From an uncultured Thermoanaerobaculia bacterium (GTDB lineage: Bacteria > Acidobacteriota > Thermoanaerobaculia > Thermoanaerobaculales > Sulfomarinibacteraceae), in NCBI GenBank assembly GCA_964641415.1, contig CAZXMW010000006.1, positions 69,247 to 133,246 on the forward strand: a DNA stretch of 64,000 nucleotides, given 5' to 3'. The notes under the pieces were generated by a model. That model ran no database searches and had not been told where the DNA came from. It worked only from the letters and a program-made list of their open reading frames with translations. A program made the translations under genes and the position numbers. Numbering within the stretch: the first letter of the stretch is position 1; each line of letters opens with the position of its first letter. This document shows, piece by piece, positions 21,466 through 30,755 of the stretch.

Positions 21466-22394
21466 TCCGGCCCTCCCTTCAGATTCGCGGCGAGTCGCCG
21501 GACCGCGATGGCGAACGGACTGTCGGGCCGAACCGCGGCGACCGGCTCGCGGTCGACCACCGATCGCGCGACCATCGGGTCTCTGGGGAGCGTCCCGAGA
21601 GCCTCGACGGCGATGCCGTAGTACTCGCGACAGGCCATGCTCATTTCGACGGCGAGCCGTTCGTGACCGGCGCTCACCGCGCGGTTGACGACGATGGACG
21701 CCGAGAAGGTCGCTGCAGCGCCGAGCACCGCTGCGCCGGCCTCCGGGTCGATCGCCATCACCTCCAATACCAGATCGCGAGCAGACAACGGGCTGCGATC
21801 GCGGCTCCTCGAGGAAATCAACGCCATGGCCTCCGCCACCTTCGCCCGCGGTTCGGTTTGCCTGAGCTTTCGGGCAAACGCCGCCTTGATGAAGTGGTAG
21901 GCGTTCTCGACCGAGGTCGGTTCGGGCACCACGACCAGGATGCCGCGGTGGGAGACCAGGTAGAAGTCGAGCACGTTGAAGGCCGTGCCCGCGCCCAGGT
22001 CGAGGATGACGTGGTCGGCTTCGAGGTCCAGAATGTGGCGCAAGATCCGCCGCTTCTGCTCGTACTTCGGGTTCGCCATCTCGATCAGGGCATTTGCGCC
22101 GCTGACCAGACCGATGCCGGGAATCCCGGTGCCGATGACGACATCCTGCAGGCTCGCCACCCGCCGCTCGAGATAGTCGGTGAGGGTCAGATCGGGGTCG
22201 GGGATGCCGAACAGGGTGTGGAGGTTGGCGCCGCCGAGATCGGCGTCGACAACGACAACCCGGTGACGCTGTTTGGCCAGGACCACACCCAGGTTGACTG
22301 CCAGCACGGATTTGCCGACACCCCCCTTGCCGCCGCCGATGGCCCAGACCCTCGGCGCGGCGTCGTCAACTTCGTCATGCAAGATGTCGATCAT
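21462..22394 (-). CDS. FlhG/MinD/ParA-family ATPase
   Basis: Deviant Walker A GGKGGVGKS, DADLGGANL, ILDLGAG, PEPTSVENAY; start uncertain. Confidence 0.88.
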   Translation of the reverse strand: MIDILHDEVDDAAPRVWAIGGGKGGVGKSVLAVNLGVVLAKQRHRVVVVDADLGGANLHTLFGIPDPDLTLTDYLERRVASLQDVVIGTGIPGIGLVSGANALIEMANPKYEQKRRILRHILDLEADHVILDLGAGTAFNVLDFYLVSHRGILVVVPEPTSVENAYHFIKAAFARKLRQTEPRAKVAEAMALISSRSRDRSPLSARDLVLEVMAIDPEAGAAVLGAAATFSASIVVNRAVSAGHERLAVEMSMACREYYGIAVEALGTLPRDPMVARSVVDREPVAAVRPDSPFAIAVRRLAANLKGGPE

Positions 22395-22539
22395 GCTCGC
22401 AGCATGGCGGTCAAGGCACTGTAGTGCCGGCTCCGCACACGTCCCCTCCACAATGGTATCACTACGCCGATGACACTGACGTGAGGAGGGCCGTAGACTC
22501 GTGTGAGAACTGGCTGCGGGGGACGGGAATGGATCGGCC

Positions 22540-22746
22540 ATGAGCCGCAGTCGAAACCGTAGATCGTTGCGTCGCGGGGTGCAGAGCGCTGATGTCCGAA
22601 CGGACTCGCCGGCCGGGATCCAGGCCGCCGGTCTCACCAGCCCCTATTTCCGGAAGGTCTGGGACACCTCGTCGAAGATGACCTGGCAGCAGTTCGTCGA
22701 TCGTTGGGAGCGGAGGTTCCACGCGCCTGGCCGCGGTCATCGGTAA
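22540..22746 (+). CDS. Small Trp-rich hypothetical ORF or gene remnant
   Basis: 3' half (SPYFRKVWDTSSKMTWQQFVDRWERRF) shows strong GC3 codon bias; 5' half does not. Confidence 0.35.
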   Translation: MSRSRNRRSLRRGVQSADVRTDSPAGIQAAGLTSPYFRKVWDTSSKMTWQQFVDRWERRFHAPGRGHR

Positions 22747-22765
22747 CGGGCGTTCACTGGTCCTC

Positions 22766-22964
22766 GTGACTCTGGGCGAGCGAGTCGAAGAATCCCCACT
22801 GGAGAGGCGGAACGCTCCACGTCTCGGCGAGACGACGTGAGGAGGGACGGTCTCTGGACCCGGAGGGGACCCTTCGACTCGCCCCTCGGAGGGGCTCGCT
22901 CAGGGTGACAGGGATCCGTGGGCTCGCTCAGAGTGACAGGGATCCGTGGGCTCGCTCAGGGTGA
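22766..22964. repeat. REP/REPIN-like inverted element with a 28-bp tandem tail
   Basis: Left arm GTGACTCTGGGCGAGCGAGTCGAAGAATCCCC is inverted to GGGGACCCTTCGACTCGC...GCTCGCTCAGGGTGAC; GGGCTCGCTCAGRGTGACAGGGATCCGT at 22892, 22920 and partially at 22948. Confidence 0.8.
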
Positions 22965-23094
22965 GCGGCCGGCGGGTGTCCTGCACCGCGTCGGCGGACC
23001 TGTTAGGATGAAGCTGCCATTTTCGCCTTCGGGATGCGCGCCCGCTCGGTGATCGCTCCCGAATCGGAAACCACATCCAACCAAAGGGGGTGGA

Positions 23095-24480
23095 ATGAAG
23101 CAGGATCGAACTCTCTCCACACCCCGGTTTCGCGCCTACGGCAGGAAGCACATCGACCGTCTCCCGGCTCTGAAACAGCTGACCCCGGAGCAGGTGATCG
23201 CATTGAAGACCGTTTCCGCCGTGCTGCCGTTCCGGGTCAACGACTACGTTCTCGACGAGCTGATCGATTGGACGAACATCCCGTCCGACCCGATCTACCA
23301 GCTGGTTTTTCCGCAGGTGGGAATGCTCGCGTTCGACGACTACAAAAGGCTCGAGCAGCTGGTGGTCTCAAACGCCTCGGAGGAGGAAACCGCGCGCGCG
23401 GCGCGCGCGGTCCAGATGCGCATGAACCCGCATCCCTCCGGACAGCTCGACCTCAACGTTCCCATGGTTGACGGAGAGCCGCTTCCCGGCTGTCAGCACA
23501 AGTACCGCGAGACCGTCCTGTTCTTCCCGTCCCGCGGCCAGACCTGCCATGCGTACTGCACCTACTGCTTCCGGTGGGCGCAGTTCGTCGGTATCGACAG
23601 GCTGAAGTTCGCGAGCCACGAGGCCGAGTCGCTGGCGAACTACCTGTCCGAGCACAAAGAGGTCTCCGACGTCCTGTTCACCGGCGGTGACCCGATGATC
23701 ATGTCGAGCTCGGCGCTGCGCAAGAGCATCGAGCCCTTCCTGGCCCCCGAGCTCGAGCACATCCGTTCGATCCGCATCGGCACCAAGGCGCTTTCGTACT
23801 GGCCGCACCGATTCACGACCGACCGCGATGCGGAGGACGTGCTTCGCCTGTTCGAGCAGGTCCGCGCCGCCGGCAAGCAGATCGCGCTCATGGCGCACTT
23901 TTCACACCCCCGGGAGCTCCAACCCCGCGAGGCGCGCATAGCCATGCGCCGAATCATCGACACAGGCACGATCATCCGAAGCCAGGCGCCGCTCATCCGC
24001 CACGTCAACGACGACGGCGACGCGTGGGCCGAAATGTGGCGCCACCAGGTCCGTCTCGGCGCGGTTCCGTACTATATGTTCGTCGAGCGCGACACCGGCC
24101 CCAAGCGCTACTTCGAGGTTCCTCTGGCGCGGGCGCTCAGGATCTACAGCCGCGCGCTGGCTCAGGTCTCGGGTCTCGCGAGGACAGCCCGTGGACCGTC
24201 CATGTCGGCAACGCCCGGCAAGGTCCAGGTCGACGGCATCACTGAAATCAACAACGAGCGCGTCTTCGTGCTCAAGATCATCCAGGGCCGCGACCCGGAG
24301 TGGACCAACCGCGTGTTTTTCGCCCATTTCGACTCCACCGCGACCTGGCTCGACGACCTCAGCCCGGCCTTCGGCGAGCGCGAGTTCTTCTTCGATCCCC
24401 ACATGCGATCCATGTACGAGGGCGCCTGGCAACCCGACTGGGTGGGACCGGACGGCGAGGACGCCGAGCTCTCCGCCTGA
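23095..24480 (+). CDS. KamA-family radical SAM/PLP aminomutase-like enzyme
   Basis: HKYRETVL, CHAYCTYCFR (CxxxCxxC), FTGGDP, IRIGTK, HFSHPREL, PYYMF, PGKV. Confidence 0.9.
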   Translation: MKQDRTLSTPRFRAYGRKHIDRLPALKQLTPEQVIALKTVSAVLPFRVNDYVLDELIDWTNIPSDPIYQLVFPQVGMLAFDDYKRLEQLVVSNASEEETARAARAVQMRMNPHPSGQLDLNVPMVDGEPLPGCQHKYRETVLFFPSRGQTCHAYCTYCFRWAQFVGIDRLKFASHEAESLANYLSEHKEVSDVLFTGGDPMIMSSSALRKSIEPFLAPELEHIRSIRIGTKALSYWPHRFTTDRDAEDVLRLFEQVRAAGKQIALMAHFSHPRELQPREARIAMRRIIDTGTIIRSQAPLIRHVNDDGDAWAEMWRHQVRLGAVPYYMFVERDTGPKRYFEVPLARALRIYSRALAQVSGLARTARGPSMSATPGKVQVDGITEINNERVFVLKIIQGRDPEWTNRVFFAHFDSTATWLDDLSPAFGEREFFFDPHMRSMYEGAWQPDWVGPDGEDAELSA

Positions 24481-24500
24481 CCTTCATGGGACGCTTTGTA

Positions 24501-24529
24501 CAATGACCCCGGTGGGACCGGGGTCGTTG
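24501..24529. terminator. Stem-loop after the KamA-like gene
   Basis: CAATGACCCCGGT-GGG-ACCGGGGTCGTTG; no U tract. Confidence 0.4.
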
Positions 24530-24545
24530 CGCGTGGAGGTGAGCC

Positions 24546-25322
24546 ATGGCAGTTGATCTGACCGGCAGAACCGTGCTCGTGACCGGTGCGTCGAGCGGAA
24601 TCGGTCAAGCCTGCGCAGAGATCTTCGCCGAAGCCGGATGCCGGCTGATCCTCGCGGCACGCCGGCGCGACCGGCTCGACGAGCTGGCTGCGCGTCTTCG
24701 AGCCGAGACACGAACCGAGGTGTCGGCCTCGGCCCTTGACGTCCGCGACCGGAAGGCGGTCGACGCATTCGTCGGCGGTTTCGAACCGGCGTGGTCCGAC
24801 ATCGATATTCTCGTCAACAACGCCGGGCTCGCACGCGGCCTCGCCCCGCTGCACGAGGGCGAGGTCGCCGACTGGGAGCAGATGATCGACACCAACGTCA
24901 AGGGGCTGCTCTGGGTCACGCGCGCGGTGCTGCCCGGCATGGTCGAGCGCGGCAGCGGCCACGTCATCAACATCGGCTCCATCGCCGGCCACGAGACCTA
25001 CCCGGGCGGCAACGTCTACTGCGCGTCCAAGCACGCGGTGACGGCGATCGGGCGGGCACTCAACATCGACACCCTGGGAACCGGCGTCCGGGTGAGCTCG
25101 GTCGATCCGGGACTGGTGGAGACCGAGTTCTCGGTGGTCCGCTTCCACGGTGACCAGAAGCGGGCTGATATCGTCTACGAGGGACTCGATCCCCTGACCG
25201 GCCGCGACGTTGCCGACGCCGTACTCTACTGCGCCACGCGGCCGCCCCACGCAAACGTCCGCGAGATGGTCCTGATGCCGTCCGCCCAGGCGTCGTCGGT
25301 CCACGTCCACCGGAAGTCATGA
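24546..25322 (+). CDS. SDR oxidoreductase (YdfG-like NADP-dependent 3-hydroxy acid dehydrogenase)
   Basis: TGASSGIG, NNAGLARG, YPGGNVYCASK, PGLVETEFS.VRF. Confidence 0.9.
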   Translation: MAVDLTGRTVLVTGASSGIGQACAEIFAEAGCRLILAARRRDRLDELAARLRAETRTEVSASALDVRDRKAVDAFVGGFEPAWSDIDILVNNAGLARGLAPLHEGEVADWEQMIDTNVKGLLWVTRAVLPGMVERGSGHVINIGSIAGHETYPGGNVYCASKHAVTAIGRALNIDTLGTGVRVSSVDPGLVETEFSVVRFHGDQKRADIVYEGLDPLTGRDVADAVLYCATRPPHANVREMVLMPSAQASSVHVHRKS

Positions 25323-26149
25323 CCCGCCGCGCCCTGTTCATGGCCACCGGCGCGAACCGGGGCGCCTGGTACGCCGGTCTGCTCGGGCCCCTGCAGGAGG
25401 CCGGTATCGGCTTCGAGCTCATTGCAGGAGTGTCCGCCGGCGGCATCGCCGCGGCCTGGTTCGCCGCCGGCGACGAGGAGACGCTCATCGACTCGTGGCG
25501 GCAGGCGGACCCCTATCGGGTGGCCGTCCACCCGTGGCTCAGCGCCGGCCGGTGGCGGACCGTCGATCGCCTGATCCGGGACATCACCCTGAAGACCATG
25601 GATGTCGAGGCGGCGCGGACGTCGGCGATCGAGGTCCGGATCGCCGCCGCCCGGATCGTCCGGTCCGGTTTTCCGCTGCCACGCTTCGATCTCGAAGTGC
25701 TCGGCAACCGGACGGCTCGCGACCGCGACCACTTCGGCCGAATGCTCCGGGCGACGGGCTTCGTGCCCTGGATCAACGGGTGCAGGAGCGCGGTCGAGAT
25801 CGACGGCGAACGCTACATGGACGGCGGGCTGGTCAACCGGACGCCCCTGGGGATGGTGCCGGAGGACAGCTTTGACGAGCTCTGGATCGCGGTCTGCTCG
25901 CCGAGCGGGACCGCCGAGCTCGAGCGAACGCTTGCCGGGAACCGGCGGCGCGAGCGGCTGGTCGTGGTGACACCCGGCGCCGATCTCCCCGCCGGTCGCT
26001 GGACCATGGACTGGCCGACCATCGGGCGCACGATCGAGCTCGGGCGCGAGGACATGCGCCGCGCCATCGGGAGATCTCGAACGGACGGCGGGCAGGTGGT
26101 CGTCGGGGCGGGCTCGGACCGCCTCCTGGCGGCTCTCGATCGTCGCTGA
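25319..26149 (+). CDS. Patatin-like phospholipase
   Basis: TGANRG oxyanion-like loop, GVSAG, DGG; ATGA overlap with the SDR. Confidence 0.85.
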   Translation: MTRRALFMATGANRGAWYAGLLGPLQEAGIGFELIAGVSAGGIAAAWFAAGDEETLIDSWRQADPYRVAVHPWLSAGRWRTVDRLIRDITLKTMDVEAARTSAIEVRIAAARIVRSGFPLPRFDLEVLGNRTARDRDHFGRMLRATGFVPWINGCRSAVEIDGERYMDGGLVNRTPLGMVPEDSFDELWIAVCSPSGTAELERTLAGNRRRERLVVVTPGADLPAGRWTMDWPTIGRTIELGREDMRRAIGRSRTDGGQVVVGAGSDRLLAALDRR

Positions 26150-26150
26150 C

Positions 26151-26246
26151 CGACTCGACGAGCACGGCAACGGCGTGGTTTTCGTCCTGCCCGTGGAGCG
26201 GGTGGCCGGGATCAAGGAGGAGATCGTCCGTCGCACCCCCGAGTGA
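26151..26246 (+). pseudogene. C-terminal remnant of a PII-like protein
   Basis: RLDEHGNGVVFVLPVERVAGIKEEIVRRTPE* resembles the PII-like C-terminus; no start codon. Confidence 0.5.
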
Positions 26247-26288
26247 TCGCTTCTCTGCCGCACTGCGTCGATCGGCTACAATCGGCCG

Positions 26289-27929
26289 ATGAACCTGCCT
26301 CAGCACTCCATGATCGGCAATCGCGAGGTCGAGGGACCTCGCACCATCACCTCGGTCAATCCCGCCACCGAAGCCGAGATCGGCCGCGCTTCCGCCATCG
26401 GGGCCGACGGCGTCGAGCTCGCGGTCGGCGCCGCCCGAGAGGCTTTCTCCGGCTGGGCTGCGACTCCGGTCGAGGAGCGCCAGGAGCTCCTCTGGCGTTG
26501 GCTCGAGATCTTCATCGACGAGGGTGAGGAGCTGGCGGCCCTGATGTCGGCCGAGAACGGCAAGCCGATCTCCGAGGCGCTGCTGGTCGATATCGTGCCG
26601 GCCTGCGCAACCCTCGAGTACTGGGCGAGGACGGCGGCGGAGCAGCTCGCCTTCCGGCCGGCGCCGCCCGACCAGCTGCTGTTCGCCCACTGGCGGGTCG
26701 CCGGCTACCGCTTCGACCCCCTCGGCGTGCTGGCGGCCATCACGCCGTGGAACTACCCGGTGGCGATCCCCATGTGGGAGATCGTGCCGGCGTTGGTGGC
26801 GGGCAACACCATGGTGTTCAAGCCGGCGTCGGCCACCGTACTCACTGGATTGGCTCTCGTCGACCAGGCCCGCCGTGCCGGGCTGCCTGCCGGCGTGCTC
26901 AACGGCGTTTCCCTGCCGGGTTCGGCCACCGACGCTCTGGTCGACCATCCCGACGTCAAAAAGGTGCTGTTCACCGGCTCGGTGGACATCGGCCGCCACG
27001 TCGCCCGGCGCTGCGCCGAACGGATCGTCCCGGTTCAGCTCGAACTCGGCGGCAACGACGCCGCGGTGGTCGCTGCCGATGCGCCACTGGAGCGCACCGC
27101 CCGCGCATTGGTCTGGGCGGCGTTCATGAACTCCGGGCAGTCGTGCGCCTCGGTGGAGCGGGTCTTCGTCGTCGACGAGGTGCACGATGCACTGGTGCGT
27201 CGCATCGTCCGTCTGACCGACGAGCTTGTCGTCGGCGATCCGAGCCGGAGGGACACCGACCTCGGGCCGCTGACCACCCGTAGCCAGCGCGATATCGTCG
27301 TCGAGCACGTCGCCGACGCGGTGGCCAAGGGAGCGAAGGTGCTGACCGGCGGCGAGCTGCCGGACGGGCCGGGCTGGTTCTACCCGCCGACGGTTCTGGC
27401 CGACGTCACCGACGACATGGTCATGATGCACGAGGAGACCTTCGGCCCGATCATGCCCATCATGCGGGTCGCGGACCTCGACGAGGCCGTCGCGAAGGCC
27501 AACGACTCGCGCTTCGGGCTCACTGCGTCGGGGTTCACGACGTCGCGGGACACCGCCGAGCGGCTTCAGCGCGAGCTTGCCGCCGGTGCGGTCGGTATCA
27601 ACGAGCACGGGATCGTCGCCGCTGGCGAGGTCACCGCGAGCTGGGGCGGGCTCGGCGAGAGCGGCATCGGCCGGTCCCACGGACCCTTCGGGCTGCACGA
27701 GCTGGTCAACGTCAAGTACATCTTCACCGAACCCGGCAGCGACGCCGCCGCGCCCTGGCACTACCCCTACGACGAGGACTTCGGCCGGTTCATCGGCGCC
27801 GCGATGCCGTTCCTCTACACCCAGGGGATGGGCAAGTACGCGCACCTCAAGGACCTCGCGTCGACCCGTCGGTTCTCCGAGCGCGTCCGGAAGACCACGC
27901 TGGCGAAGAACCTCCGGAAGCTGCTGTAG
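26289..27929 (+). CDS. NAD(P)+-dependent aldehyde dehydrogenase
   Basis: ITPWNYP, FTGS, LELGG, NSGQSCAS, EETFGP. Confidence 0.95.
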   Translation: MNLPQHSMIGNREVEGPRTITSVNPATEAEIGRASAIGADGVELAVGAAREAFSGWAATPVEERQELLWRWLEIFIDEGEELAALMSAENGKPISEALLVDIVPACATLEYWARTAAEQLAFRPAPPDQLLFAHWRVAGYRFDPLGVLAAITPWNYPVAIPMWEIVPALVAGNTMVFKPASATVLTGLALVDQARRAGLPAGVLNGVSLPGSATDALVDHPDVKKVLFTGSVDIGRHVARRCAERIVPVQLELGGNDAAVVAADAPLERTARALVWAAFMNSGQSCASVERVFVVDEVHDALVRRIVRLTDELVVGDPSRRDTDLGPLTTRSQRDIVVEHVADAVAKGAKVLTGGELPDGPGWFYPPTVLADVTDDMVMMHEETFGPIMPIMRVADLDEAVAKANDSRFGLTASGFTTSRDTAERLQRELAAGAVGINEHGIVAAGEVTASWGGLGESGIGRSHGPFGLHELVNVKYIFTEPGSDAAAPWHYPYDEDFGRFIGAAMPFLYTQGMGKYAHLKDLASTRRFSERVRKTTLAKNLRKLL

Positions 27930-28130
27930 AGCGGATCTGTCAGCCGTCAGCTTCCGGCTCGGTCTGCTGCAGGATTCGAGACCAAGGGATTTTTCATAGA
28001 GGGTGCGCCCGCGGTGGCGCGAGCGCTTCGACAAGCGACCGGGGACCTTCGTGGCGTAGGCGTCCCCGTCTGCGATGGCTCGCGAACGTCGTGCGGTGGG
28101 CTCAGAGCTGACCACTGAGAGCCGAAGGCT

Positions 28131-28688
28131 TCACTCCGACGGGATCCCCTCGACCAGGAACACGCGGTAGTCCGGGTGCGGGTAGGCGTGGATCTTGGGC
28201 ATGGCGCTGAACAGCCAGCCGGTGTAGTCCTCCTTGCCGTCCTCGCTGATGACGACCCTGGCGGCCGGGTTGAGCGGGTCGGCCGAGCGGCTGGTGATGC
28301 CGCTCTCGTTCATCATGAAATCCGGGATGAAGGTCTCGGCCTGGACGGTCAGGCCGCTGTCGCCGAGCGTCGTCCTGCCGCCCACCTCGACGTCATGGAC
28401 CGCCTCGTCTCCGGTCTCCAGATTGACCAGACGGACGCGGATCGCCCGCCAGTCGGCGGCGATCCCAGGGTCGAGGGTGACCTCGGCGTTGATCCCGTCG
28501 TCGGCGTGCATCGAATCGTCCATGGCCTTCGCGTGAACGTCGTCATCGGGCATGGCGGCGACGGCTTCGGCCGGCGGGCCCGCGTGCGCGGAGGCGGTGT
28601 CGATGTCATCGGCTGTCGGTCGGGTGACGTCCCCGCAACCGGCGGTGACGAGACTGATGACGGTCAGGATGAGCAACGAGTGGCGCAT
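28131..28688 (-). CDS. DUF2155-like lipoprotein
   Basis: Lipobox TAGC; C-terminal NPAARV...GWLFSAMP.IHAYPHPDYRVFL. Confidence 0.7.
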   Translation of the reverse strand: MRHSLLILTVISLVTAGCGDVTRPTADDIDTASAHAGPPAEAVAAMPDDDVHAKAMDDSMHADDGINAEVTLDPGIAADWRAIRVRLVNLETGDEAVHDVEVGGRTTLGDSGLTVQAETFIPDFMMNESGITSRSADPLNPAARVVISEDGKEDYTGWLFSAMPKIHAYPHPDYRVFLVEGIPSE

Positions 28689-28870
28689 GGTCGTCCTCCA
28701 GCGGCGGAGTATACCCGCCCCCTTCGGCGATGTCCGCACCGGTTCGTCAGGCGAAATTTCTCGGCGACGTGCCGCCGCGGAGCTCCGACACCGGCGCCGG
28801 TGCTTGCCCGGGCCCGTCCGTGCGGCTAGCATTGTCGGACCCGTTACCGAGCCGAGCGTCGGGGAGGACC

Positions 28871-30658
28871 ATGGATCGCCTGTACGAGCTCGTCAGCACC
28901 GTCATCACAACCGTGTCGGGTTATGTCTGGGGCTGGCCCGAGCAGCTGCCGCTCATCGTCGTGCTGCTGGTCGGCACCGGTCTCATCACGACGGTGCGGC
29001 TGAGCTGGATTCAGGTCCGCTACTTCCGACACGGAGTCCGGGTGATTCGCGGCGAGTACGACGATCCCGAGCACGAGGGAGACCTTTCACACTTCCAGGC
29101 GCTGTCCACCGCGCTGTCGGCGACCGTCGGCATCGGCAACATCGCCGGGGTGGCGACGGCGATCCACTACGGTGGCCCCGGCGCGCTGTTCTGGATGTGG
29201 GTGACCGCGGTCTTCGGGATGGCGCTGAAGTACACCGAGTGCACCCTGTCCATGAAGTTCCGGATCATACTGCCCGGCGGCGCAGCGGCCGGCGGACCGA
29301 TGTACTCCATCGAGCGCGGGCTCGGGAAGTCGTGGAAGCCCCTGGCCGTGGCCTTCGCCGGTTTCGCGGTGATCTCCTCCTTCGGGTCGGGCAATGCCGT
29401 CCAGTCGTTCACGGTGGCCGACCAGTTTCGCCAGGACCTCGGGGTTCCGACCTGGATCACCGGGCTGGTCATGGCGAGCCTGGTCGCGGCCGTGATCCTG
29501 GGCGGCATCCGCCGGATCGGCCGGGTGACTTCGAAGCTGGTGCCGTTCATGGCGGCGGTCTATGTCGGCACCGCCATGGTGGTGCTCGCGCTCAACATCG
29601 GCGAGGTGCCGGAGACCCTGTGGTTGATCCTGACCTCGGCCTTCCAGCCGGCGGCCCAGATCGGCGGCTTCGCCGGCGGCACCTTCATCTTCATGCTGAC
29701 CTGGGGAATCAAGCGCGGGCTGTTCTCCAATGAATCCGGGCAGGGCTCGGCGCCGATCGCCCACGCCGCGGCCAAAACCGATGAACCGATCCGCGAGGGC
29801 GTTGTCGCCATGCTCGGGCCGTTCATCGACACCCTGCTCATCTGCACCATGACCGGGCTCGTGATCCTGACCTCCGGCGTCTGGCACGACAAGCAGGAGC
29901 AACAGGTCGTCGTCAACGAGCAGTCGGCGGTCCTCGCGGTGGCCGACACCGCTCGGGTCGGGGTCAACGGCGAGCTCGCCGCTGCTGATCTCGCGGTCGG
30001 CGAGCTCCTGGTCGACGACGGCCGGCCGGTGGACTTCCAGCTGATCCGGAACCACTCGCTGGTCGACAACCCGCAACTGCTGGTGACCGCCGGCGCGGTG
30101 CTCACGACCGACCTCAGACCGTTCGACGGTACGCTGGTGCTCGGCGCCGACGCCGGGGGCGAGCTCGAGCTCGCTTCCTTGAGAGACCGCGCCGGAGCGG
30201 CCGTGGCCGGCACCCTGGTGCTGCGCGGCGAGGCCATGCAGAATGGCTCCCCGCTCACCGCGTGGGCGTTCCAGCGCGGACTGGGCAAGCTGGCCGGCGG
30301 CCAGGGCCACCTCCTGATCACCATGGCGGTATTCCTGTTCGGGCTGTCGACCGCCATCAGCTGGTCGTACTACGGCGACCGATCGATCCTGTACCTGGTC
30401 GGCCCGAGGTGGGTTGTACCGTACCGCGTGGTGTTCTGCATCGCGCACTTTCTCGGCGCGGTGTACTCGCTCGAGCTCGTGTGGGCCTTCGGCGACATGG
30501 CGCTCGGGCTCATGACCGTGCCAAACCTGATCTCGATCCTTCTGCTCACGGGCGTCGTCAAAGGCTGGACCAAGGAGTACGTCGACCACGGCAAGCTCGA
30601 ACCGCCGGAGCACATCGTCCAGGCTCGCCGTGACGCCGCCCGCCGTTCGAAACGGTGA
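28871..30658 (+). CDS. Alanine/glycine:cation symporter (AGCS/AlsT)
   Basis: TVGIGNIAGVATAI..GGPGALFWMW, GGPMY, RGLFSNESGQGSAPIAHA; GGAGG RBS. Confidence 0.93.
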   Translation: MDRLYELVSTVITTVSGYVWGWPEQLPLIVVLLVGTGLITTVRLSWIQVRYFRHGVRVIRGEYDDPEHEGDLSHFQALSTALSATVGIGNIAGVATAIHYGGPGALFWMWVTAVFGMALKYTECTLSMKFRIILPGGAAAGGPMYSIERGLGKSWKPLAVAFAGFAVISSFGSGNAVQSFTVADQFRQDLGVPTWITGLVMASLVAAVILGGIRRIGRVTSKLVPFMAAVYVGTAMVVLALNIGEVPETLWLILTSAFQPAAQIGGFAGGTFIFMLTWGIKRGLFSNESGQGSAPIAHAAAKTDEPIREGVVAMLGPFIDTLLICTMTGLVILTSGVWHDKQEQQVVVNEQSAVLAVADTARVGVNGELAAADLAVGELLVDDGRPVDFQLIRNHSLVDNPQLLVTAGAVLTTDLRPFDGTLVLGADAGGELELASLRDRAGAAVAGTLVLRGEAMQNGSPLTAWAFQRGLGKLAGGQGHLLITMAVFLFGLSTAISWSYYGDRSILYLVGPRWVVPYRVVFCIAHFLGAVYSLELVWAFGDMALGLMTVPNLISILLLTGVVKGWTKEYVDHGKLEPPEHIVQARRDAARRSKR

Positions 30659-30672
30659 GCGGTCGGAGCATC

Positions 30673-30752
30673 AACCGCCAAGACGCGAAGAGCGCGAAGG
30701 GTCGCAGGTGTTGAACCGGCATTGCTCGGCGGCCTTTGCCTGTTTGCGGTCA
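30673..30752. repeat. ~9-bp-periodic inverted intergenic element
   Basis: ACCGCCAAGACGCGAAGAGCGCGAAG ... CTCGGCGGCCTTTGCCTGTTTGCGGT between convergent genes. Confidence 0.45.
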
Positions 30753-30755
30753 ATC

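Noticed and set aside
22892-22964. 28-bp direct repeats as a CRISPR array
   Set aside because: Units are contiguous with no unique spacers; no cas genes
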